This document shows positions 9,894-20,544 of a stretch of 64,000 bases of DNA, in pieces. How positions within the stretch are numbered: position 1 is the stretch's first letter; every line of letters begins with the position of its first letter. The notes below the pieces were generated by a model. That model had not been told where the DNA came from. It made no database searches and saw only the letters and a list, made by a program, of their open reading frames with translations. Location of the stretch: sequence record PP942979.1; one strand, given 5' to 3'. The translations under genes and the position numbers were made by a program.

Positions 9894-11335
9894 TACTTTT
9901 TCTCCGCTTTCGCAACAATATCCGTGTTGTGTGCGAGTACATCACCAACGAAGTAGCAGTCAAATGGATCGACGTCAATATCAACAGTCTGCACCAAATC
10001 GTCTACACGTCGGAACTCATAAACAGACACTGGTCCTTTACGACCTAGCACTGTATGTCCTGGCTCTACTTCTCGCGCAGGAACGTAACGCCACACGGAT
10101 TGATCATATATCAACACTGGATGCTCGTGTGTGAACTTCTGTCCGTTGATAATGAAGTAGTGGTCTTCCTGTCCGTACTTGAGAGCAGTCACAGTAGCGT
10201 TTACCAGATTGCCTTTCAAGCTCTTAGAAGACCAATCACGGAACTCTTTCGGCTGATTAGAGAAGCTACGCAGGCTATCACCTACACGCAAGTTCTCAAC
10301 AGCCTTCGGTCCAGTAATCGTTTCCACCTCAGAACCAAACACGATACAGCCAGATGTTGAAGTATTGACAGGGTTACGCGCCACGACTGTCAGAGCAGAA
10401 CTCACAGTAACAGTCGGACGTGACGTTTGACCCATATCAGTTACTACGCAGCGGATAGTGCCTTTGATTGTACGATCAGCACCAAGTCCGAGACGCAGAT
10501 AGAAGTTAACAATACACGTTGAGGTAGTAGTCGCATCGAGCGTTACGCCCTCAGTAGTTGTGATGGACCACTGATACTTATATGGGCCCACACCACCACG
10601 CGCATTGACAGGAAGATATGCGAGCGAGGTAAACACATCAGAGCCTTGCACGGCACGTTGACCTACCATGTACAAGCTCGACACTGACGCAGCAAGAGGT
10701 GTTATCGTAGGCAGAGGCGGAGCAGGCGTCACGTTGGCAGTAGGGTACAACCACACGAATACTCGACCATCTGTAGGCTGTGCAGACGATAGAACAGCAG
10801 TAGTGATTGGCGCTGGTCCAGTGGGACCTGTAGCTCCAGATATACAGCTTGCTCCAGTAGCACCACGAGGACCGAGAACGCCGGGAGGACCATCAGGACC
10901 GTCGGGACCAGTAGGGCCTGTAGGACCCTCTCGTCCAGTATCACCCGTCTGACCATCAGGGCCATCACGTCCCGGTTCACCTACAGGGCCTGTCTTGCCT
11001 CTATTGCCTACAGGGCCAGGACAACCCGGTCTGCCTGTCTCTCCATCACGACCATCACGCCCGTCTCGGCCAGGAGCACCGGGAGCGCCTCGACGTCCCG
11101 GTTTCCCTTCACCAAACATAGCTACAGTCGGAAGGCCGGGAACGTTTACTACATTCCCGTTCTTCTTGATGAATACTAACACACCTGTCTTGCTGTTAAA
11201 CCTTACGCTGGCAATCTGAGTATCTGTCGCTAAGTCACTCGACTCAAACCCGACACTACCATCAACACCAACCAGCGATTTACCTTCATCGTTAGCAGTT
11301 GTTTCGATTTGCGAAAGTTTTAACTGTGTTGTCAT
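9893..11335 (-). CDS. Collagen-like fibre protein with C-terminal Hint (intein-like) domain
   Basis: Gly-X-Y tract, then a beta domain, then a Hint domain with block A CIVFGSEV, block B THEH and block F/G DIDV...[11 protein letters not shown]. Confidence 0.85.
   Translation of the reverse strand: MTTQLKLSQIETTANDEGKSLVGVDGSVGFESSDLATDTQIASVRFNSKTGVLVFIKKNGNVVNVPGLPTVAMFGEGKPGRRGAPGAPGRDGRDGRDGETGRPGCPGPVGNRGKTGPVGEPGRDGPDGQTGDTGREGPTGPTGPDGPDGPPGVLGPRGATGASCISGATGPTGPAPITTAVLSSAQPTDGRVFVWLYPTANVTPAPPLPTITPLAASVSSLYMVGQRAVQGSDVFTSLAYLPVNARGGVGPYKYQWSITTTEGVTLDATTTSTCIVNFYLRLGLGADRTIKGTIRCVVTDMGQTSRPTVTVSSALTVVARNPVNTSTSGCIVFGSEVETITGPKAVENLRVGDSLRSFSNQPKEFRDWSSKSLKGNLVNATVTALKYGQEDHYFIINGQKFTHEHPVLIYDQSVWRYVPAREVEPGHTVLGRKGPVSVYEFRRVDDLVQTVDIDVDPFDCYFVGDVLAHNTDIVAKAEKK
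9926..10348 (-). other. Hint / mini-intein domain (141 aa, Cys1 to His-Asn, +1 Thr)
   Basis: Cys codon at 10346-10348; His-Asn at 9926-9931; next residue Thr; no homing endonuclease insert. Confidence 0.8.
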
Positions 11336-13668
11336 TTCGGTTCAACCTTAATGCACAAGTTACCAGACAGTTTCGAACCGTAGCTAGTGATCTGCGCATT
11401 GGTGATACGCACCTTAGCTACAATGTCGATGAAGCCTTGAGGCTGGTTCTCTTTCAACACGGTGAACATCTGCGTCAGGCTAACGTTTGAGTAGGCAATC
11501 ACTTCCGTTAGACTTGCATCAGAAGTAACAACGTTAAAGCCAGCGCTGCCCGTGCCTTTAAGACCACGACCATACTCAGCCTCTGAGGTGCCCGGCGTTT
11601 TGAACGACAGGACATACTCGATATGCTCTTTACCGCTGGTGGCCGCAAAGCCTGGGCCCAGTTGACACTGGAAGTCAGCGATACAAGTAAGCATCACACC
11701 CTTTGTGAACTCGATTCGTTGAACGATGGTCAGTTCTTCGGAATCGCCAACAGTCTGCTGGATGTTATACATGTTCTTCGGGTCAGCTTCTTCGGCGAGA
11801 GCCTGAGTGTTACTGATCGTAATCTCCGGCCACGTGCCTTTAATCTGAATACCTTCGCCCTGAATGATAGCAGGTGTTGCGATAGGTACGTCGATAGGCG
11901 GCAGACCTTGACGTTTGAACATGTAGCCTGTCGGTGTTGGGATAGCATCAATGATGACTCCATCTACCGAGCTGTCTTTCGAACCCACAGCCATAACGTT
12001 CTCAAAGATTGTGATCTCAATGAGTGTATCGGCAGGGATAGGAGTCAGCGTTTTCAGCGCATTACCAGCAACGGTAAACTCTTGCGTGTGTACTGTCAGG
12101 CCACTCATTGCCATAACGCAGTGCGCTTTATTCAGCGGAGTAGTAGGCAGAACAAATGTATCAGCATCATAAGGCAGGCGATACTGAGCAACACGAATAC
12201 GAGTAGACCAGTTGGCGCGTTCTTCATAGCGAGCTACATAGAAAGTGTATTTCTGACCAGATGGGATTGCTTCGGTAAGCGTGACGCTATTACCATTCGT
12301 GAGTTTATACACGGTGGTAGGCTGCCACGTACTACCGACAACGCAGAAGATCATATCGACGCTTTCAATCGGCTTGCTGCCAAGTTTAAACAAAGCAGTC
12401 TGGCCGTCACCGACACCTTCATACGTTTCAAACAGAACAACGTGACCCTGCGATGGTTCGATACGGAACTGACGCATATCAAGCTGCATACGTTGCTCAG
12501 GGTAGGACGAAAGCAGAAGCTGATCGTCTACTACGCTATATGCCGTGCGCGGCTGGAGAACGCCAGATGTACCAAGCAGTAAGTCAGTTGAGCTATCGAG
12601 AATCTCGGACAACGTGTAGCGTAACTTATCAGGCGTCGCAGTGGTCACAACTGAACTAAACAACATCTTGCCTGGAGGTACAAACAGCGTGCCTGTAGTC
12701 TGACGAGCACCACCAGCAACAGGTCCCCAATATGGCTGCAAGTCTTTACCGCGATACAACGCCCATGCTTCTGGTACATCGTTGTTGAGCGGCCACGGTA
12801 TGCCAGCAGTAGGAGTTGTTGGGTTAGTGATACGACGCCAAACAGCAATCGTTGTCTGAGCGCTCACGAAAGGAATCGGGTCGTCCATGTTAACGAACTG
12901 ACCTTTCGTGTATTTAAAGTGACGACACGCACCAGAGCCTGTGCCTGAGATTGTCTGAATCAGAACAACCTCTCCCTCTTTCACGCTGGTGATACTTGCG
13001 ATCTTGAAGGTGTTTGCGTTGATGAATCCAGATGCAGTAATCTGCCCGCTGAACACACGGTCATGTTCGCTGAATGCCCAGTAGAATGAGCCAGCACCAT
13101 AACGATAAGCAATACCTGGAGAGCGAGTGCCGTCAGAGTTAACGTGCATATCAAGAACCGACACGGCGTTGAACACGTTATCGTTCAAGCTCGGCAGATT
13201 CTGGAGTGTGGCAGCACTTGGAATTGAAGTGTAATCCGCCATCTTTACAGCAAGAATCTTTTGAATGTCCTGCTGAATATGTACGAGAAGGCTAACGCGG
13301 CTGATAGAGTTTGGCACTGCGATGATTGGCTCTTCCAGAACAACGTGACCAAAAGGTCGGTTGTCTTTGAGCATAATCAATAGCTCACCAACACGTTTCA
13401 GCGACTCACCTGCAACGTAATTGACTTTAATATCGAAGACAAAGCGGGCACTGTTCTCGGTAAGAACCTGAACATACGACAAAGCGCCCGACGCAAGCTC
13501 GTTGCCAAGTAACTGCTCTGGAACCACAGACGGGTTAGAGCCTACAAAGTCACCTGCTTTAAACGACACTGGCTGAACTGCAAGTCCACCAGAGTTAGCG
13601 TTCGCAACGGCCTGTTCTCCCTGAGGCGTTAGACGCAATGCGTCAACGTAGATAGATTCAGTGGCCAT
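11332..13668 (-). CDS. Tail fibre/baseplate-attached protein with a fibre-attachment-type N-terminus and repeated beta modules
   Basis: N-terminus [12 protein letters not shown]...F..GD resembles tail-collar/fibre attachment domains; three repeats of G.(L/W)QP.T.Y.(V/L)....L; GGAG RBS. Confidence 0.75.
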   Translation of the reverse strand: MATESIYVDALRLTPQGEQAVANANSGGLAVQPVSFKAGDFVGSNPSVVPEQLLGNELASGALSYVQVLTENSARFVFDIKVNYVAGESLKRVGELLIMLKDNRPFGHVVLEEPIIAVPNSISRVSLLVHIQQDIQKILAVKMADYTSIPSAATLQNLPSLNDNVFNAVSVLDMHVNSDGTRSPGIAYRYGAGSFYWAFSEHDRVFSGQITASGFINANTFKIASITSVKEGEVVLIQTISGTGSGACRHFKYTKGQFVNMDDPIPFVSAQTTIAVWRRITNPTTPTAGIPWPLNNDVPEAWALYRGKDLQPYWGPVAGGARQTTGTLFVPPGKMLFSSVVTTATPDKLRYTLSEILDSSTDLLLGTSGVLQPRTAYSVVDDQLLLSSYPEQRMQLDMRQFRIEPSQGHVVLFETYEGVGDGQTALFKLGSKPIESVDMIFCVVGSTWQPTTVYKLTNGNSVTLTEAIPSGQKYTFYVARYEERANWSTRIRVAQYRLPYDADTFVLPTTPLNKAHCVMAMSGLTVHTQEFTVAGNALKTLTPIPADTLIEITIFENVMAVGSKDSSVDGVIIDAIPTPTGYMFKRQGLPPIDVPIATPAIIQGEGIQIKGTWPEITISNTQALAEEADPKNMYNIQQTVGDSEELTIVQRIEFTKGVMLTCIADFQCQLGPGFAATSGKEHIEYVLSFKTPGTSEAEYGRGLKGTGSAGFNVVTSDASLTEVIAYSNVSLTQMFTVLKENQPQGFIDIVAKVRITNAQITSYGSKLSGNLCIKVEPK

Positions 13669-13697
13669 CAAAGAACTCCTTGGGTTTTAACTGTTCT

Positions 13698-13705
13698 AAA
13701 TTAGC
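13698..13705 (-). promoter_or_regulatory. Putative phage late promoter GCTAATTT
   Basis: Immediately after a terminator and ~30 nt before the ATG at 13668. Confidence 0.65.
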
Positions 13706-13706
13706 G

Positions 13707-13752
13707 TAAAACAAAAAGGGAGCCAGGAACATAGCGCTCCGGACTCCCTTTA
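13707..13752 (-). terminator. Rho-independent terminator
   Basis: AAAGGGAG/CTCCCTTT stem followed by TTTTTGTTTT on the minus strand, right after the stop of 13755..18290. Confidence 0.75.
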
Positions 13753-13754
13753 TT

Positions 13755-16700
13755 TTACTGATAGCGCACTGTGATAACTGAGGAGCCAAATGCACGAGCG
13801 TTGGTGCGATAAATCAAGACGTTTTCTGTCAGGTTATCATACACCACTTTCCCTACAATCGGACCCTTCTTGCCGTTATCTCCAGTTACAGGCCACTGAG
13901 CACCGTCGAAACCCTGCCACCCTTTGTTTACTGTTCCCGTACCGTCTGCGGCTGCTGAGAATACAGCGGTACCGTATGACTGTCTGACGACAAAGTAACC
14001 GTACTCGTCTTGTTTGGTAGACAACACGAACTGGCCACCTGTCTTAGAACGTAAACGCGTTGGCAACTGAGCAAGTGCAATACTCACGCCAGTAATGCCG
14101 AAAGGCGCAACACCGAAGCGTGGATAAGATGACATGGCTTTCATGAAGTGCGTCTGCGTAAGCGTCTGCTGTCCTTCGATATAGATAGCCTTAACACCAA
14201 AGTCTGTATCGTTAAGCAACGAGGCTATGGTCAGTCGTCCAGTTTGAGCATTGATAGTGATGCCTTGAACATCAACCACATCGCCTTTACTGTTGGTGAT
14301 CTGCCACAGACACTTGGCACTAACATCATCCTTAACGAACGTACCAGTACGGCCGAGTAATGCGTTCATCTGCATTGAACTGTCGTCTCGCACATTCGTA
14401 TATCCGCCTACTGTCAGGTCTTGTGGGAAGCCAATGCCAGGGCAAGTGATTTCCTGAACGAGACTGATTTCAGTACGCTGCTCGGTGATGATACACTCCA
14501 CTTTAACCTTCTGCGGGTCTTTTGATGCAGGGAAGCGGAAGGTACCGTCCTGAGCAAGAGTAAAGCCACTGACAGACTCAATGATGTTCCACTTGAACTT
14601 CACGCTGTTTGCATCAGGCAGACGGCTTGAGCCGGTAGCACCAGAGCGACGCGTATAGAACGCAGTGAAACGATAATCAGTGTTCGGACTGATATTGCCC
14701 GCAGGATTCTCGATGTAGCCGTTGAGAATAGTATTCTGCGTTTGGAGCTCAATGGTGCGCGTACCGATAATGGTTTCATCAGCGAGCGACATTGGGTTCT
14801 GCTTGGTGAACACAGCGCGTAGGTTAATAACACCGTCCGACAACTGCGACTGACCAATGAACAGATGGCCGTTCAGTGGATCGATTGATACGCCGTCAAC
14901 ATTTGTCTCGTCACCAATAGACCAGATAGCGTCAGTGGTCGTGAGTTCGTCATCAGGCTCAATGATAACACGCAGACTGTAGGGAACGTACCAGCGTCCG
15001 TTTTCATATCCGATAGTTGGGTTACGATCAGACACGTCCCACACAACATCAGGACCAACGATGCCAATTTGACGGAGATAAGTGTTAGCCTGCACAAGGA
15101 ACACGAGCAACGTCTTCTCAATCTGATACTGGTCGCACGTAAAGCGAGCGCGAAGCAGCACAGCACCGTTGACGTTCTGACTCGGTGTGAGTGAACCATC
15201 GGCATCAATCTCTGCAATACTGTCTGTTGTTGGGATAAGCACAGGCGTATTGTTGGGACCATCTTGCGTGTAGTAGCTCTGCACGACTGCCCATTCAGAA
15301 TCGACTTCTAGGTCAAACGTCTTTGGTGTTTCCTCAGCGTAAGAGCCATCAAGAGTGCGCATTACGCCACCAGTCTTATACGTGTTGACCAGAGTGTATG
15401 ACTCGGACAGCACATCAGCACTGATTTGCGTTGCACCTTCAATACGGCTGTTGACGATATTGTTGATACTCTGCTTAGGTGCAGGAGAAACGACCAGGTC
15501 AATCTTGTTGCTCACTCGGAAGAATGAGGCAATAACCTGAGTGTAGGTGTCGTACTCATATTGCAGCTTGCCCGTTTGCAGAATAGCACCGTCGTAATAC
15601 GCTTTATTCAGATCAGCAATGCTACCAATCGCGTTGAACATCGGCAGTTTGCTAACGTCCATTGCACGGAAGTCTTTGTAGTCGCTTGGTGTGCGGCCTT
15701 CGATGATCTCAACGATAGCCATACCACTATAGCGACCAGGCGAGAACTGTAAGAACTTATACTCGTCCGTGTCTTTGTCTGGCCAGTTGCCTACCCACTC
15801 AGCGGCTGTCACATACTCTTGACTACCATCAGCGTAGGTTGCAAGCAGACGAACAAAGGTGCGCGTCTTCTCGTACATCACGTCTGGACATTCAATGGTG
15901 ATACTGTCCACCAGCGCTCGTGTTGGAATGAGTTGCAGGTCACGGTAGTTTGAGAGTTTCGTTCCGTCGTACTCATACTCCATGCTGATACGCGCAGAAC
16001 CATGCAGGTCTCCCTGATAGTAAAGCACATACTCTTTAACGCTTCTGCCCATGATTGGGTCGTATACCGTGTTGTTGCTCAGGCTGACGTTCAGCGTTAC
16101 CCAGCGAGCATAGTCAGGATGATCAGGGTCATACTGGCTTGGGTCTTGGCCCTGCTCAACTGCTTGTTGCTGTAACCTGATTGTACGCTGTCTCGCTTCT
16201 TCGATAGCAGAGTCCGACGGAATATACTCGACTTTCACAGCAGCCGCAGCCGCATATGACAGGCCGTTGTTCCACAGGCACACAGTAGGCAACATCAACG
16301 TCGCGCCGCTACTGATAGTAGGAGACGAGCGCAGGTCAATCGACTTCGGAATCATGATCGTATCGTTAACGAGAATGATTCGGTTGAACGTCACTGTAGA
16401 GTTACCATCAATGAACGTGAAGTTCAGGGCATATTTAACAGCATCACCACTGACCAGAGGTGCTTCAAACTCACCGGTTTGCGTATTAACAAAAGGTATA
16501 GCGTTGACCGATGTTGCTTTGTCTTCGCTACTGAACCAGAGGCCAAACACTTCGGTATAAGCAACCACGATCGATGGGTCACGCGCATCAATCTCTGCCT
16601 GAGTAGCAGAAACAAGAACATAGAGAGCCATTGCTTTTGGTCGAACAATATCACGCTCAACAACAGTCGCAGGAACAACGAGGTCAATCGTAGCCAGTTT

Positions 16701-18290
16701 AATCTCAGGCGCCTTCATCGTTACTTGCTTTACAGCCTCAACAGGAGTAACTTCACCAAAGACTGCGTAGATGGAAGTCAGATAATCTCCACGCATAATC
16801 TTAGACTTGAGGACGTTCTCAACGATCTCTGTATGCTCGCTGGTGGTACGAGCCTGAGCGGTACCCAGCTTGGAAGTACCGTCATTGTACGTGATTGCAT
16901 ACTTGAGTTCTACTTCTTCGCCTTGAGGCACTTCATCGTCCACGATAATACGCAACTCGGTTGGCACCAAATCTTTAACACTGCGATTGACGTCGAACTC
17001 CTGAGTCTTGGACATATCGAACTGTCCTTGATAGGAGACGCTTATATCAATCTTGGAATCTGCTTCGACACTAGGCAGAGACAGCGTTGTGCCGTTAAAG
17101 ATGCCCAGCGTAGAACTGAGAGCGATCATACCACTGTCAGTTAATTCTTTGGTCGCACCTGTAGCGAGATACTTACCGTAGACGCGCACCTTAGCGCTCG
17201 CGTTACCGTACAACGTTGGGCACTCAATAGAAAGCTCGTCAGGATCAGGCTCAACCCCCATAGGGTAGATGCGAGACTCAAGTGCCTGCTGAGTACCATT
17301 GTAGGTAAGAGTGAGGTTGATAACAGAGATGGCCAAAGGCTCATTGAAACGAACAGCATTACCATCACGCTCTGCAATCCAAGTAGAGTCTTCTACCCAC
17401 ACCTCAACTGTCTGCTCGGTGCCGTCGCTGTATTTGACGATAGCGCCAAACGTAGTCCACTCACCGCCGCGAATAAACTCAGGCTGAATGAACGAGATGG
17501 ACTTCTGCAAAGGACGGCCGACGTTGAAACGCTTAACAGGCTCAACAACAACGTGAGCGCCAAGATACAACTTAGCACCCAAGTTAATAGCAGCGTACAC
17601 ACCTTCGAGAACTTCTTCGATAGGCGCCCATTGATAAAACAGGTCTGCGATTCGGCGATAGAACATTGCGCTACGTGCGGTATACTGCTCAACGTCGTTG
17701 TTCACAGGCTCAAAGCCAATGTGATTGTTGAACCAGTCTTCCGCTTCCTGTTGCGTCATGCCTACTTCTTGCAGTGCGTTAACAACGTCTTTCTCTGCAT
17801 CTTTGGTGATAGTCAGATCGAGGCCGCCATCAATCAAATGTGCATCTACTTCGAGATTGACCTTGTTCGACTTATACCACGTACCGCCGTCTTGAATCAG
17901 AGTACCAAGAGGAGTAGGCACAAAGGTCTGATAGTCAGCGGTATACAGGCGAGAAGAATCGAACTGACCGCCGAGCAACATACCCACGAACTTAGGCCAC
18001 TGAGTTGTACCAGAGACTTGCTGCCAGTCAGGCAAGCAGTCGATAACACGTTTCAACGAAGGTAAACGATACTGCATCAGGTCACGCGTGATATTGATGC
18101 CGAGCTGGCGAATACTTGCTTCGGCCAACTCGTCGTTTGTGTCACCGCTGATGCGACGAATATTCAACAGTTGCTCAATGGTCTTGAGGTTCTGCTCGTC
18201 GTTGTGTGCATCGAGAATCTCGAACAACTCTGCCCAGGCTTCGTTAGCTTCAAGGAAGTCAATGTTAAAGGCTAGAGTGTTTGATTTCAC
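13755..18290 (-). CDS. Large baseplate wedge-associated protein with Ig-like repeats
   Basis: 1511 aa, directly after the baseplate J/gp6-like gene; multiple (L/I).I.(G/C)P..V......Y.DG repeats typical of Ig-like domains. Confidence 0.75.
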   Translation of the reverse strand: MKSNTLAFNIDFLEANEAWAELFEILDAHNDEQNLKTIEQLLNIRRISGDTNDELAEASIRQLGINITRDLMQYRLPSLKRVIDCLPDWQQVSGTTQWPKFVGMLLGGQFDSSRLYTADYQTFVPTPLGTLIQDGGTWYKSNKVNLEVDAHLIDGGLDLTITKDAEKDVVNALQEVGMTQQEAEDWFNNHIGFEPVNNDVEQYTARSAMFYRRIADLFYQWAPIEEVLEGVYAAINLGAKLYLGAHVVVEPVKRFNVGRPLQKSISFIQPEFIRGGEWTTFGAIVKYSDGTEQTVEVWVEDSTWIAERDGNAVRFNEPLAISVINLTLTYNGTQQALESRIYPMGVEPDPDELSIECPTLYGNASAKVRVYGKYLATGATKELTDSGMIALSSTLGIFNGTTLSLPSVEADSKIDISVSYQGQFDMSKTQEFDVNRSVKDLVPTELRIIVDDEVPQGEEVELKYAITYNDGTSKLGTAQARTTSEHTEIVENVLKSKIMRGDYLTSIYAVFGEVTPVEAVKQVTMKAPEIKLATIDLVVPATVVERDIVRPKAMALYVLVSATQAEIDARDPSIVVAYTEVFGLWFSSEDKATSVNAIPFVNTQTGEFEAPLVSGDAVKYALNFTFIDGNSTVTFNRIILVNDTIMIPKSIDLRSSPTISSGATLMLPTVCLWNNGLSYAAAAAVKVEYIPSDSAIEEARQRTIRLQQQAVEQGQDPSQYDPDHPDYARWVTLNVSLSNNTVYDPIMGRSVKEYVLYYQGDLHGSARISMEYEYDGTKLSNYRDLQLIPTRALVDSITIECPDVMYEKTRTFVRLLATYADGSQEYVTAAEWVGNWPDKDTDEYKFLQFSPGRYSGMAIVEIIEGRTPSDYKDFRAMDVSKLPMFNAIGSIADLNKAYYDGAILQTGKLQYEYDTYTQVIASFFRVSNKIDLVVSPAPKQSINNIVNSRIEGATQISADVLSESYTLVNTYKTGGVMRTLDGSYAEETPKTFDLEVDSEWAVVQSYYTQDGPNNTPVLIPTTDSIAEIDADGSLTPSQNVNGAVLLRARFTCDQYQIEKTLLVFLVQANTYLRQIGIVGPDVVWDVSDRNPTIGYENGRWYVPYSLRVIIEPDDELTTTDAIWSIGDETNVDGVSIDPLNGHLFIGQSQLSDGVINLRAVFTKQNPMSLADETIIGTRTIELQTQNTILNGYIENPAGNISPNTDYRFTAFYTRRSGATGSSRLPDANSVKFKWNIIESVSGFTLAQDGTFRFPASKDPQKVKVECIITEQRTEISLVQEITCPGIGFPQDLTVGGYTNVRDDSSMQMNALLGRTGTFVKDDVSAKCLWQITNSKGDVVDVQGITINAQTGRLTIASLLNDTDFGVKAIYIEGQQTLTQTHFMKAMSSYPRFGVAPFGITGVSIALAQLPTRLRSKTGGQFVLSTKQDEYGYFVVRQSYGTAVFSAAADGTGTVNKGWQGFDGAQWPVTGDNGKKGPIVGKVVYDNLTENVLIYRTNARAFGSSVITVRYQ

Positions 18291-19750
18291 TGGTTCATCT
18301 TCCTTTCGCTATAGGTGATATTGATGCGAAGGTTACGCAGCGCAACATACTCCAGCACGGTGTTAGGGATGATATCCTGAACAGGGCTTTCAATGTTGCA
18401 GTAATCGACTTCTGGTCGACGCGCAGGACGGTCTGGGTCAGTCCAGTCATACAGCACACGGTCTGTTATGTCGGACATTGCGAGACGTTTACCCAGCAGA
18501 CCTGGACGACGTTCAAACAGTTTAAGCACCGATTGCTCAAGAACGGCCTGATTAGACTCACGCGTACCAGGAGCATCGGCATAAAGAGCCACATTCAGAA
18601 TGCAGTCGATTTGCAGCTTATCAGGATTCCATGCCTGAACGTCGAGCGGGCTATTGAATTGAGCCAGCCAGTTCAGGAATTTATTCCATTGCGCAGAGCT
18701 TGGGTTAGGGTTGATGCCTCCCCAGGTGCTTGTGTTACGAGGCAGAACAGCGACACGCACAACACCCTGCCACTCTTTATCGTTCGGTGCAATCTCTGCC
18801 TGACCCTGAACTACCACATCAGCAACGTCAGGATAAAGCGCAATAGCAGCCTTCCATTCATCACGACGAATCAGCTTCTTGCGACTGCGGCCAACGATTG
18901 GTGCATAGTTACGATAGTAGTCAACAGGCGTTTCATCAGAGCCACCTAAGATAGCGCTCACTGTCTTACCCTGTAGCTGAGAGTTAGACAGGCACTGTAC
19001 CTTCAGGCCTATACTGTCTGTGTTGCCACTAGCGCCAAGCGACTTGATACCCTGCACCTTCATCGTGTAGCCAGCTGGTGGCTGTGCTCCCCACTGCTCA
19101 CCACCGAACTGAATCTCAACGTCACCTTCATCGGTTGTTACATCGAGGAAGATTTGCTGTTCTGCGTATGCTTCGAACAGGCATTTGTTGAAACGCTGAT
19201 ACTCAATCTTAGTGCCAGTCGGATGCTCAAACCAAACACGTAAGTCATCAGTCAGTTGGAAATTCTCAGTGCCCAGCTTAATCGACATATAATCAATCGG
19301 CTGAGGAACAATTTGGCTGAACGTAAACACTTCACCAATGATGAAGTCCACGTTCTTTATTTCGCCCGGCTCCCACTGCGTTACTTCTGCCAGCAGTGCA
19401 TTGAAGTTACCGATAGTGAACGGTGTGTTTTTATCGTATGACTGTTTCACTGAACTCAGGTTAACAACAGCCGCAGTTACCGTAGACACAGACTTGCGGC
19501 CAATATCCACACCAAGATAACGAGCGTTAGCAAGGATAGAGGTGTTGCGTCGAGCCAAACGACTAAATGCTTCACGCGCAGCAATCAGGGAAGCATAGGC
19601 ATTCGTTACACCAAGGTCACCAAGTGCGTCGGCAAGTAACGCAGTCAGTGAGCTTACCTGACTGTCCGTCCAATAGCTGGACTTATTGATACGACTCAGG
19701 AAGTCTTTCGCAAACTCCTCATGAGTCGTGTATGTGTTAAGCATGGACAT
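18287..19750 (-). CDS. Baseplate wedge protein (T4 gp6 / P2 gpJ-like)
   Basis: Motifs AARE.F...ARR..SI...ARYLG, IQFGG...G..P, GG.DET...YR..AP; position after the gp25-like gene. Confidence 0.85.
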   Translation of the reverse strand: MSMLNTYTTHEEFAKDFLSRINKSSYWTDSQVSSLTALLADALGDLGVTNAYASLIAAREAFSRLARRNTSILANARYLGVDIGRKSVSTVTAAVVNLSSVKQSYDKNTPFTIGNFNALLAEVTQWEPGEIKNVDFIIGEVFTFSQIVPQPIDYMSIKLGTENFQLTDDLRVWFEHPTGTKIEYQRFNKCLFEAYAEQQIFLDVTTDEGDVEIQFGGEQWGAQPPAGYTMKVQGIKSLGASGNTDSIGLKVQCLSNSQLQGKTVSAILGGSDETPVDYYRNYAPIVGRSRKKLIRRDEWKAAIALYPDVADVVVQGQAEIAPNDKEWQGVVRVAVLPRNTSTWGGINPNPSSAQWNKFLNWLAQFNSPLDVQAWNPDKLQIDCILNVALYADAPGTRESNQAVLEQSVLKLFERRPGLLGKRLAMSDITDRVLYDWTDPDRPARRPEVDYCNIESPVQDIIPNTVLEYVALRNLRINITYSERKMNQ

Positions 19751-19751
19751 G

Positions 19752-20174
19752 TTACTGTGCCCTCATTGCAAACGTAATTGATTGTTTGTCTTCGAGCTTA
19801 GGACAACGCCATGTGATTACACACACGTAGGTCTGCTCGTATTGATCGCTCATGGTGCAGGCTGTCTTGACGCTGGTTACGTCCTGCGTGAGACCGTTGT
19901 ATGGGTCTTCTAGGGCAAGACGCATGTACGTTGCAATCCAGTCAGCCGTTGTTTGATCGAACGGCTCAAACAGATACTGATATACATCGGCACCGAAGTT
20001 CTCACGCCATTTGCGAGACTTCTTACGCGTACCGATTACCATCAGAATCTTCTGGACGATGCTGTCCATGTTCTGCACGTTATCACGCGGTTCAAGTTGA
20101 ATCCACGCATTAATATCACAATAGATGCGCTCGCTAATCGGCACATCTATCAGACGAACTCCGATTCCAGCCAT
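19752..20174 (-). CDS. Baseplate wedge protein (gp25/gpW-like)
   Basis: I..VIGTRK.SR.WRENFGAD...YLFEPFD matches the gp25 family pattern. Confidence 0.85.
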   Translation of the reverse strand: MAGIGVRLIDVPISERIYCDINAWIQLEPRDNVQNMDSIVQKILMVIGTRKKSRKWRENFGADVYQYLFEPFDQTTADWIATYMRLALEDPYNGLTQDVTSVKTACTMSDQYEQTYVCVITWRCPKLEDKQSITFAMRAQ

Positions 20175-20464
20175 TAGCCAAATCTCACATTAGAACTACC
20201 ACTCGAAGCTGTGTCGCCGCAACTGTTAGCGTCACCAGCACGTTGCGCAGGCTTACCGTTGACACGCACACTAGAACTTGAAGTAGCTTTCCCGACATGA
20301 GGAGGCTTCTTTGGTTTCCAGTGAGGACGATAACTATCGCCTTGACGAACACTCCCTTTTCCATTCACAAGCACGTTAGAAGATGCCTGAGCAGGGACAA
20401 CAGGAAAATAACCATTGTGTCCAGTAGACAGATCTGTGCCTAAACGAATAGCTTTCTGACCCAT
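20174..20464 (-). CDS. PAAR-domain spike tip protein
   Basis: AIRLG.D.STGH, V.VNGK...R.GD, H..H and CGD motifs of PAAR proteins. Confidence 0.9.
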   Translation of the reverse strand: MGQKAIRLGTDLSTGHNGYFPVVPAQASSNVLVNGKGSVRQGDSYRPHWKPKKPPHVGKATSSSSVRVNGKPAQRAGDANSCGDTASSGSSNVRFG

Positions 20465-20487
20465 GTTAATTCTCCTCTGTTAGGCAC

Positions 20488-20495
20488 AAATTAGC
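20488..20495 (-). promoter_or_regulatory. Putative phage late promoter GCTAATTT
   Basis: Just downstream of a terminator, ~24 nt before the PAAR ATG. Confidence 0.65.
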
Positions 20496-20508
20496 TTGTT
20501 ATGCAGTA

Positions 20509-20544
20509 GAAACGAAAACGGGCAACCCGAAGGCCGCCCGTTTT
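20509..20544 (-). terminator. Rho-independent terminator with UUCG loop, closing the putative ncRNA
   Basis: Minus strand AAAACGGGCGGCC-UUCG-GGUUGCCCGUUUU followed by CGUUUC. Confidence 0.85.

Noticed and set aside
9926-10348. Mobile intein with homing endonuclease
   Set aside because: Only 141 aa with no LAGLIDADG or HNH insert, and it sits 10 residues from the C-terminus, so it was treated as a domesticated Hint domain.
3045-11219. GGT-CCA-GTA-type short DNA repeats as a CRISPR or satellite array
   Set aside because: They simply encode Gly-Pro-Thr collagen triplets on the minus strand; there is no repeat-spacer architecture or cas gene.
11623-12582. 319-aa plus-strand ORF (and similar ones at 58027..58944, 43781..44560, 55542..56276, 48074..48757)
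   Set aside because: All lie antisense to well-supported minus-strand genes and show no protein-like motifs.
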